A stretch of DNA of 64,000 nucleotides from Candidatus Woesearchaeota archaeon (lineage in GTDB: Archaea > Nanobdellota > Nanobdellia > Pacearchaeales > GW2011-AR1): NCBI GenBank assembly GCA_964412025.1, contig CAYPLY010000001.1, forward strand, positions 134,922 to 198,921, given 5' to 3'. Positions within the stretch are counted from its first letter, which is position 1, and every line of letters begins with the position of its first letter. Positions 10,289 through 18,800 of this stretch are shown here, one piece after another. The position numbers and the translations under genes are program-made. Below the pieces are notes generated by a model, which saw only the letters and a list, made by a program, of their open reading frames with translations, did no database searches and had not been told where the DNA came from.

Positions 10289-10732
10289 TTAAATATAAGG
10301 GTTATAATTTTGTTTAATTAAATTTTGAATTGGTAGAAATAAAGGATCTCTTTTTCCATTAATAATATTGTCCCAGTGAGTATATTCCCAGCATTTACAT
10401 TTATCTTTTTCTTTTACCTCTGCAAATTTTCCAGATATCTGTTCTGCTTTTAAGAATAGAGTTATATAATGTTCTCCTTCTTTTTTAAAGAAGTCATTAG
10501 TTATTGCAATTGGTTCTTTACTTATATATGTTACATCTATATCTTCTAACAATCCTGTTTCTTCATATAATTCTCTTTTAGCACAATCAAAGAAAGATTC
10601 ATATTTTTCTAATTTTCCTCCGGGAAATGACCAAGTCCCATTCCCATGAGAATTTATCCTCTTTCCTAGAAGTATTAATCCTCCAGCCTTAACAATTGTT
10701 GCTATTCCTATCTTAGGGAACTCATTATTCAT
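10289..10732 (-). CDS. NUDIX hydrolase (MutT/NUDT15-like)
   Basis: Nudix box PGGKLEKYESFFDCAKRELYEETG; ILLGKR. Confidence 0.88.
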   Translation of the reverse strand: MNNEFPKIGIATIVKAGGLILLGKRINSHGNGTWSFPGGKLEKYESFFDCAKRELYEETGLLEDIDVTYISKEPIAITNDFFKKEGEHYITLFLKAEQISGKFAEVKEKDKCKCWEYTHWDNIINGKRDPLFLPIQNLIKQNYNPYI

Positions 10733-10734
10733 TT

Positions 10735-11706
10735 TTACTCCTTGCCTAGACCTGCAAGTACAAAACTTGCAAGAAGAGCCTGAAGTTGTATAAATGGATC
10801 ACTTCCTTCGACAATCCTAAATTCTGATTCTCCTGTTTTTTCTGTAAGCTTTACTTTTAACTCTGGTTCTACAGGCAAATTCCATATCTCTTTTTGTATT
10901 GCTTTTATGACATCCTGTCCAGATATAGATTCTTTTAACATCACATCTAGAAGTTTTTCTCTTGCCCTTTGGAAATCTCCTGCGAGGGCGTAATCTAATA
11001 CTACTTTGATATCTTTAGGTTTTGCATTCGATATTATTGTTGAAACCAATTCTGGAGTTATATTTGGAGATATAGATGCTGTTGCTTGAAGAAGGTTTGT
11101 TGCACGTCTACAATCTCCTTCACTCCCTTCATATAATATCTCTATTGCCTCAGGTTTTATTGTAAGATTTTCTCTTTTTCCTATATCTAAAATATACTTT
11201 TCAATATCTTTTTTCTCTAGTAGTTTAAATCTAAATATACTACAACGAGATTGTATTGGATCAATTACCTTGCTTGAATAATTGCATGAAAGTATAAATC
11301 TACATGTAGAAGAGTAATTTTCCATCGTTCTTCTAAGAGCTTGCTGGGCTTCAGGAGTTAGGGCATCAGCCTCATCAAGGAAGATTATTTTGAATGGAAC
11401 ATTCCCTATGGATTTAGTTCTTGCAAAGTTTTTTACTTTTTCTCTTACTATATTTATACCTCTTTCATCGGAAGCATTTAATTCAAGATAGTTCTCTTTC
11501 CAAGAGTTTCCATACAATTCTTTAACTATAATAAGTGCCAGACTCGATTTACCTGTTCCTGCAGGTCCTGCAAATAGTAAATGCGGAATATTCATTGAGT
11601 TTGTTAAACCTTCAATTCTTTTTACTATCTCATCTTGTCCAACAAGTTCATAGAATCTAGAAGGTCTGTATTTTTCCGTCCAAATAGAGCTCACCATCAT
11701 TTCCAA
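10735..11706 (-). CDS. rfcS: Replication factor C small subunit
   Basis: WTEKYRP, GPAGTGKS, LELNASDERGI, DEADALT, IQSRC. Confidence 0.96.
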   Translation of the reverse strand: MEMMVSSIWTEKYRPSRFYELVGQDEIVKRIEGLTNSMNIPHLLFAGPAGTGKSSLALIIVKELYGNSWKENYLELNASDERGINIVREKVKNFARTKSIGNVPFKIIFLDEADALTPEAQQALRRTMENYSSTCRFILSCNYSSKVIDPIQSRCSIFRFKLLEKKDIEKYILDIGKRENLTIKPEAIEILYEGSEGDCRRATNLLQATASISPNITPELVSTIISNAKPKDIKVVLDYALAGDFQRAREKLLDVMLKESISGQDVIKAIQKEIWNLPVEPELKVKLTEKTGESEFRIVEGSDPFIQLQALLASFVLAGLGKE

Positions 11707-11798
11707 AAATCATATTGGTTAATAAAGGTTATTGTGGTAAAATATTCATGTAATCTTTAGGGAGTTTAATTAAATTTAAGAAGCCATTTTTCGTATTA

Positions 11799-12590
11799 TT
11801 GCTTATGGGTGTGATATCCTATTTAGTATTCATTTTTGCAGGTTTTATCACCGGAATTATAACAGGATTAGTTGGGGCTTCAGCTATTGTGGTATTTGTT
11901 CCACTTGTGCTCCTCTTTATCAATTATAATCTTTTTGTGCTAATTGGAGTTAGTCTGTCTGTTGATGCATTTGTCTCTTTATTAGCTATCTTTATATATA
12001 AAAAATTTAATAATATAGATTTTAAAACCGGATTTTATTTGGCAATTCCTGCTATTGTGGGGGCAGTATTGGGAGGGTATTTCTCAAAATTTCTTCCTAA
12101 TGCTAATCTTCTATGGATAAGTTCGTTACTTACGATGTTTACAGGTATAATTTTGTATAGAAGAAAGGCTAATGTTAAGGAAGTTCATAGTAGGAAGGAC
12201 TATTCTAAAAAAAAGTTTATTATTGGATTAATATTAGCGTTTTTTGTGGGCTTATTAGGAGGGTCATTTGGAGCGGCAGGAGGTATAGCAGTATTTCTTC
12301 TGCTTGTTTTCTTCTTGAATTTTGAAACTCATATTGCTATTGGGACTTCTATACTCGTTATGTTTTTTATTGCTGTTTTTGGTTCTATTGCCCATATTCC
12401 TCGTATAGATGCAATGGGCTTTCATTGGGAACTTTTGTGGTTTGCAGTATTGGGAGGGGTTTTAGGAGCCCTGTTTTCTTCCAAACTTGCTAACAAGATA
12501 AGTGAGAAAAAACTGAACAAAATGGTAGGTACAATTTTATTTTTCCTGGGTTTTTTGACTTTTATAAACAATTTGTTAGGTAACTATTAG
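11799..12590 (+). CDS. TauE/SafE-family (sulfite exporter-like) membrane protein
   Basis: About 8 TM helices with duplicated Gly-rich GLVG/GSFGAAGG and AIGTS motifs. Confidence 0.8.
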   Translation: MLMGVISYLVFIFAGFITGIITGLVGASAIVVFVPLVLLFINYNLFVLIGVSLSVDAFVSLLAIFIYKKFNNIDFKTGFYLAIPAIVGAVLGGYFSKFLPNANLLWISSLLTMFTGIILYRRKANVKEVHSRKDYSKKKFIIGLILAFFVGLLGGSFGAAGGIAVFLLLVFFLNFETHIAIGTSILVMFFIAVFGSIAHIPRIDAMGFHWELLWFAVLGGVLGALFSSKLANKISEKKLNKMVGTILFFLGFLTFINNLLGNY

Positions 12591-12592
12591 AA

Positions 12593-12700
12593 CTATCCAC
12601 GTTTAAGCTTACGCTTGTGCTTTTCCTTCTTTAATCTTTTTCTTTGCCATTTCCATCTCATCTGGCCGTCTTTTTTCCATCTTCTACTTGATCTTTTCAT
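12593..12700 (-). CDS. rpl41e: Ribosomal protein eL41 (eS32); not in the ORF track
   Basis: Hand translation MKRSSRRWKKDGQMRWKWQRKRLKKEKHKRKLKRG* (35 aa) has the archaeal eL41 pattern KRSSRRWKKxGxMRWKW. Confidence 0.88.
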   Translation of the reverse strand: MKRSSRRWKKDGQMRWKWQRKRLKKEKHKRKLKRG

Positions 12701-12753
12701 AGTTTGAGATAGATAAAATTGATTTATAAAAGTTTGGTTTGTAATTTTTGGGG

Positions 12754-13407
12754 TTATCTGCTTCTTTCAATGCCGACTCTTTTGCAATATTTTTTTATTG
12801 GGCAGGTAGAACATTTTGGAGAAACAGGTTGGCAGATATCTCTCCCAAACTGAACAAATATAGCATTAACATCTGCCCAATAGAGTTTAGGTAGGATTTT
12901 CATTAATTCTTGTTCTGTTTGTTCTGGTTTTTTTGTCTTAACCCAACCGATTCTATTTGGTATTCTATGGACATGCGTATCTACAGGTATAACTGGCTGA
13001 TTGAATGCAAATGCAAGAACTATGTTTGCTGTTTTTGGACCTATTCCTTTTATACTAAGTAATTCGTCTTTTTTCTCAGGAACTTTAGAGTTAAATCTTG
13101 TTATTAGTTCGTTTGATACTGATTGGAGTACCAGTGCCTTCTTTTTGTAATGTCCTGAAGAAAAAATAATCTTTTCTAGTGTTTGTATAGGTATTTTAAC
13201 AAGTTGTTCGGGAGTATCGACAACTTCAAATAATTGTTTTGAAACCTTTTCTGTGTTTTCATCTCTTGCTCTTAGTGAGAGAAGGCAGGAAATCAGAACT
13301 TTAAAAGGATCGGGTTTTGTTCTCATCCTGTTTAAAGTGGTTTTATCTGTTGAAGGATATATTTTCTTCAATTGCTCCATTATCTCTTTGAAATGTGCTT
13401 CTTGCAT
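12754..13407 (-). CDS. nth: Endonuclease III
   Basis: HhH motif IKGIGPKTAN, PVDTHVHR, C-terminal CQPVSPKCSTCPIKKYC Fe-S motif. Confidence 0.95.
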   Translation of the reverse strand: MQEAHFKEIMEQLKKIYPSTDKTTLNRMRTKPDPFKVLISCLLSLRARDENTEKVSKQLFEVVDTPEQLVKIPIQTLEKIIFSSGHYKKKALVLQSVSNELITRFNSKVPEKKDELLSIKGIGPKTANIVLAFAFNQPVIPVDTHVHRIPNRIGWVKTKKPEQTEQELMKILPKLYWADVNAIFVQFGRDICQPVSPKCSTCPIKKYCKRVGIERSR

Positions 13408-13424
13408 TTTTATGGGTTATTTCT

Positions 13425-14015
13425 TTATTTAATTAATTCACCAAATGTCTTTTCAGAAATTCCAGCAGCATTTGCTTCGTCTGTGTCTAAATGTACAGCT
13501 AAATCATAATTCTTAGATATTCTTACAAGAGTATTATGGAAAGTTATTTTCCTTTGTCCGGGTATTCTTATGGATACAATTTGGTGATTCTTAAGTTTTA
13601 TTTTCTTTGCTTGTTCTTCTGAACAATGCAAATGTCTTTGAGCAATTATTACAGGTATCTTTGTTTTTCCTTTTGGACCTCTGACCAATACATGTGTTGT
13701 CCCATGTATATCTCCCGAGAGTCTTACTTTAGGTAAGGGTTTAATATTTAATTGATATGCATCTGTAAGTGACATTTCTATCTGGGAAAATTCTCTTAAA
13801 GGTCCCAATACCCTTGCACCTAACTTTTCTTTTCCGTTTATTATCTCTACTTTATTTTTTGATGCAAATTCCCCTGGTTGAGATAGTTTTTTTATAGACT
13901 CTAATTTTTTATTCTTCCCAAATAATTTTCCGAAATCTTCTTTGGATAAATGAATGTGTCTTGCAGATGTCTCTATAGGTACCTTTAAACTTGTTTTTAT
14001 TTTCTTAAACTTCAT
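13425..14015 (-). CDS. pduL: PduL-type phosphotransacylase
   Basis: SARHIHLS, QPGEFA, VLGPLR, RLSGD, IAQRHLH, HLDTDEANAA. Confidence 0.92.
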   Translation of the reverse strand: MKFKKIKTSLKVPIETSARHIHLSKEDFGKLFGKNKKLESIKKLSQPGEFASKNKVEIINGKEKLGARVLGPLREFSQIEMSLTDAYQLNIKPLPKVRLSGDIHGTTHVLVRGPKGKTKIPVIIAQRHLHCSEEQAKKIKLKNHQIVSIRIPGQRKITFHNTLVRISKNYDLAVHLDTDEANAAGISEKTFGELIK

Positions 14016-15058
14016 TTTAATTTTTTTAAAACCTCTTCAGCAGCCATGCTCTCTTCATCTGCTTTTATTACATATACTTTTATCTTTGAGAATATTGATG
14101 ATATTTTTCTCTGGTTGTTTTCATTTTTAGTTTTATTCAATCTTAATCCTAAGAATCTTAATTGTGAGCATATATCTTTTCTTAGCTTTGGTACGTTTTC
14201 TCCTATTGCTGCAGTAAATACCAAATTATCTAATCCGTTTAGTACAGTAATATATGACCCAATTACTTTTGTTATTCTATACACAAATAAGTCATAAGCG
14301 AGTTTGCACTCCTTTCGTTCTCCCATTTCCTTTAATATGTCTCTAAAATCATTATATCCAGATATTCCCTTTAATCCTGATTCATTTGTTAGAATATCTT
14401 CTACATTATACTTTTTTTTATGCAAGAAAAAGATTATCCCCGGATCTATGCTTCCTGAACGAGTTCCCATCATTATACCCTCCAAAGGAGTTAAGCCCAT
14501 GCTTATATCGAGAGGTTTCCCTTCTTTTATGGCTGATATACTTGAACCAGAACCTAAATGACATACTATTGTTCTACCCTTTAGCCCCTTTGAGGAATAT
14601 TCATGAGATAATCCATGGAAACCATATCTTCTTATATTATATTTTTCAGTTATTTCTCTTGGTATTGCATATGTTTTTGCAACCTCAGGTATATTTGAAA
14701 AAAACATTGTATCAAATACTGCATACTGGGGTTTTTTGAATTTTTCACATAATTCTATTACCATCAATTGTTTTGGATTGTGTAATGGTGCAAATTCGGA
14801 GAAGGTTCTTATTTTATTTTTTACCTCGTTATCTATTATTGAAGTCTCCTTTAGCTCTCCTCCATGTACTACCCTATGTGCAAGAACGTCAATATTTTTA
14901 TCCTTAAATTGGATGAATATTTCTTGTACTGCGTTTTCGTAATCTTTTTTTGATTTTAATTTTTCTTTATTTCCATACTCCAATAATTTTAAATCTTCAA
15001 ATAAACTATACTTTATACTTGAACTTCCAACGTTAAACACTAATATTTTTTTTTGCAT
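14012..15058 (-). CDS. ackA: Acetate kinase
   Basis: NVGSSSIKY, HRVVHGG, APLHN, VFDT, RRYGFHGLSH, CHLGSGSS, TPLEG, GTRSG, IGEN; likely ATG at 15058. Confidence 0.95.
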   Translation of the reverse strand: MQKKILVFNVGSSSIKYSLFEDLKLLEYGNKEKLKSKKDYENAVQEIFIQFKDKNIDVLAHRVVHGGELKETSIIDNEVKNKIRTFSEFAPLHNPKQLMVIELCEKFKKPQYAVFDTMFFSNIPEVAKTYAIPREITEKYNIRRYGFHGLSHEYSSKGLKGRTIVCHLGSGSSISAIKEGKPLDISMGLTPLEGIMMGTRSGSIDPGIIFFLHKKKYNVEDILTNESGLKGISGYNDFRDILKEMGERKECKLAYDLFVYRITKVIGSYITVLNGLDNLVFTAAIGENVPKLRKDICSQLRFLGLRLNKTKNENNQRKISSIFSKIKVYVIKADEESMAAEEVLKKLK

Positions 15059-15285
15059 AGAATTTTTCCCCACATTATTTTTTTCCATATTCTTTCATGG
15101 AAATATAAAAATATAACTTTTATAATCGCAAGGATTAATGTAAACATCAAAGACATTTTGATATCTCCATAAACTAAATAAACTGCAGATAATGTTATCA
15201 AGAAAGCGATTATTTCCCAACTTAATGCCTTAAGAAGACTTCTTTCTGTTGTTGATGTAATATATTCTCCTCTCTTTTTTTCCAT
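15040..15285 (-). CDS. DUF2061-family small membrane protein
   Basis: RSLLKALSW... two helices ...YFHERIW. Confidence 0.8.
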   Translation of the reverse strand: MEKKRGEYITSTTERSLLKALSWEIIAFLITLSAVYLVYGDIKMSLMFTLILAIIKVIFLYFHERIWKKIMWGKILCKKKY

Positions 15286-15344
15286 TGTATTTATAATAAG
15301 GTAATGTTTTTAAGCTTTAATAATTGTACTTTTATACGAATAAA

Positions 15345-15413
15345 TGATGCCCCGATAGTTCAAAAGATATAAATATCTAGAACTCTCGGAAACGCTGATG
15401 CCCCGATAGTTCA
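15345..15413 (+). repeat. 18-bp direct repeat TGATGCCCCGATAGTTCA (15345-15362 and 15396-15413); duplicated tRNA-Glu 5' end
   Basis: Exact match read from the sequence; the second copy overlaps tRNA positions 1-14. Confidence 0.9.
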
Positions 15414-15571
15414 GAGGCCAAGAACGCCACCCTCTCAAATCATGCCGGAGTTCAATCGATGAGATAATAATTCCAGCCTTCTCTAAGGCAGGCTAGTTAG
15501 TTTTATCGCCTTATATTTTCTTAGGGCGATGGAGTACGGTGGTAACCCGAGTTCGAATCTCGGCCGGGGCG
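15400..15571 (+). tRNA. tRNA-Glu(CTC) with a 99-nt intron (15438-15536) at position 37/38
   Basis: Cloverleaf with anticodon stem CCACC/GGTGG, anticodon CTC at 15434-15436, T arm CCGAG-TTCGAAT-CTCGG; BHB with central helix CTCT/GGAG and 3-nt bulges; near-identical to tRNA-Glu(TTC) at 63550. Confidence 0.92.
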
Positions 15572-15744
15572 TTTATCCTTAGGTTTAACATAGCTATATA
15601 AAACGAATAATTCTGCGTAGAAATGATGCAGTTTTTGAACAGAGAGGTGAAATAAATGGTTTGGTGCTTAGAAAGGGAGGTGAACTAGTTAAATTCTTAA
15701 AAGCTAAACAAAATATTTATAAATTACATATATATCTAATATAT

Positions 15745-15897
15745 ATGCCTAAAAAGCAGATAATTGTAAAATTTGAGGGGTCTGAGATTCTTGAGAGAAA
15801 AGCTTCTAAGTTTGGAACTGGTGCTCATGTAATTATTCCTAAAGAATACATAAACAAAAAAGTAAAAATTATTATGGAGGATGAAGATGACAAGTAA
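15745..15897 (+). CDS. DUF2080-like (AbrB-like) small protein
   Basis: ERKASKFGTGAHVIIPKEYINKKVKII motif; ATG at 15745 preferred. Confidence 0.75.
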   Translation: MPKKQIIVKFEGSEILERKASKFGTGAHVIIPKEYINKKVKIIMEDEDDK

Positions 15898-18800
15898 AAA
15901 ATATTTTTTTGCTTTAATCAGCATAATTTTGATAACACTCTTATCCTATGAGGTTTTAGCAGGGACTAATGTTCCAGATTGTGGAATAACAATCAATATC
16001 TCAGGACAATATGAATTAAACGCGGGAATTTCTGGGACAGCAACTTGTCTAACAATTAATACAAGTAATATAGAACTAGATTGCAAAGGAAATACTATTT
16101 CTTATGGTTCAGATGGAGTTAATGGAAGAATTGGAATATCTGTTGCCCTTGGAACAGTTTATCTTGAAAATATCACAATAAAAAATTGCATAATTCAAGA
16201 CACAAATCCTGCTGGAACCACGGGGTATGGAATATATGCATTAAGAACATCTAATTCATATATAATTAACAATACAATTAATACAAGCGGAACTGCTACA
16301 AATCACGGGATTTATTTATCTACTGCAAGTCAAAATAATCTTCTTGAAAATAATACCATAAATGCTTATGGAAGCACTACAGGAAACTATGGGATTTATT
16401 TAATTTATCAATCAAATAATAACACAATTAGAAACAATGAAGTAAAGGCAACAGGAACAACAACAAGCTATGCACTCATGCTTTATAGCTCAGAATATAA
16501 TTTAATAGAAAACAACAATTTTTCAAGTTACACTCTTTTAACAACAGGAAATTCAGATATGAATGTAGTTTATTTATACTATGGTTCAAGATATAATATT
16601 TTAAGAAATAATTACATTTATTCAGATGCTGAAGCAAGAAATTACCATATTTATCTAAATTTAAATAATAATTATAATATCATTGCAAATAATACTATAA
16701 TTCCAAATGATGATGAAGGAACAAACCCTGGAATTTATATTCTTGGTTCTGATTACAATCTTGTAGAGAATAATACCATTAGAACAAATGGAACAACAGC
16801 CAATTATGGGGTTTGGTTAGGAGCATCTTCAACAGGAAATATGATTAATAAAAATAATATTATCACAAATGGAACTACAACCAACAATTACGGAATTTAT
16901 TTGGTAAGTGCACTTTACAATAATATAACAGAAAATCAGATCTCCTCAAATGGATTAACAACAGGTAATGCAGGAATAACTTTATCAAGTGCCCAAAGAA
17001 ATTACCTTGCAAGAAATAATATTTCTACAAGTGGGACAACAACAGGATATGGAATTTATTTGACTGGTTCTGATTATGACACAGTAGAAGATAATGATAT
17101 TTCTACATTTGGAACAAGCACTGCAAATGATGGAATCTATTTAATCTCTTCTACAAACAATAACATAATAAACAACAGAATAACTGCAAATAGCACCTCT
17201 TCTGGAAATATTGGTATTGCTTTATATACCTCAACAGGAAATTCTTATGTTTATAATAATACTATAAAAACTGATGGAACAACTACAAATTATGGTATTT
17301 TATTACAGACTGCAAATAATAATTCGATAGTAAATAATCAAATATCAACCAGTGGAACAACTACAACAAATCATGGAATTTATCTTTATATAAGTGCAAA
17401 TGCAAACAAAATCTACTATAATAATATCTCTACATATGGCACAACAACAAATCATGGGATTTCACTTAGCACAACTTCAGATGGAAATGAAATTGTTGGA
17501 AATTATATAATAGCTAATGGCTCAACAACAGCCTCCGCAACAACAACAAATAATTTTGGAATTGCTGCTGCTACAAGTTGTTATAATAATCTTATGGAAA
17601 ATAATACAATACTAAATTCCGGAGGAAGGTATAACTATGGTATATATATTTCAGTAGAATCTGGATATTCTACAATTAGAGGAAATAATATTACTACTGG
17701 AGGAAGTGGGGCCACAAATGCAGGAATTTATCTTTCAGAAAGCAGAAACAACCTTCTAGAAGAAAATATAATCTCTACTTCAGGTTCTGCTACAGATTAC
17801 GGTATTTATCTGTATTCTAATGCAAAATATAATTTTGTTAAGAAAAATAATATTACAACCTCAGGAAGTACTAATTCTTATGGAATTCTTCTTGATGCAG
17901 TAATTCCAAACTTCCCCCACAATAATTCTTTTCAAGAAAATAATTTTATTAGTATTGCTGGAACAGAATTTAGATTTGCTGATGCAGAAATAGATGAAAA
18001 TTATTTAATTAGCCAGATTATTGACAGTTACTTATTTACTGGAATTGGAAGCAAAATGATTGTTAGAAATGACTCTGCAGGAGAAATAAAATTCTTAGAT
18101 AGATTAACTGGTTCTGGAACAGGATTTAGTGATGATGTATACATTTTAGAGAATTATGCTTTTATTGATTCGAGTATCCCAGGATTAAACAAGTCAGCAG
18201 AGATAACCATTTATAATTTACCAACAACTTCAAATGAATTACAAATTTACAGGAATGGTATAATCTGCAGTGATTGTTTTAATTTAACTTCAATGCAAGC
18301 AGGAAATGTAACATTTAATGTAACACAAGGAGGAGGATACTCAATTAATTCCTCAAGTTCATCTCCTTTAATAGAATTAGATTTCCCTGAAAATGATTAT
18401 TTAACAAATCAGCAAAATATTAATTTTAATTTTACAGCTAGAGATGATTCTGTAGGAGATTTAAATTGTAGCATTTATATTGATTCTATTTTAAATCAAA
18501 CCAATTCAACAACTCAAAATAATACTCTAACTAATTTTGCTGCTAGTGGATTAACTGAAGGAAATCATAACTGGAATATTGAATGTTTTGATTCAGCAGG
18601 AAATAGAAATATTTCTGAAACAATAAATTTTACAATAACAATTTCACAATCATCCTCATTATTTAATTATCCAGAGAATAAATCTTATTTTAATAATTTA
18701 GACTTTATATTGTTAAATTATACTGTTTTAGATTTAGATTTAAAGATAATGACTGCTTGGATTTATGGGGATGAAATTCTTCTAAATACAACTTCAGGAT

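Noticed and set aside
15438-15536. Box C/D guide RNA inside the tRNA intron
   Set aside because: GATGAGA only loosely resembles box C, and there is no CTGA box D in the intron.
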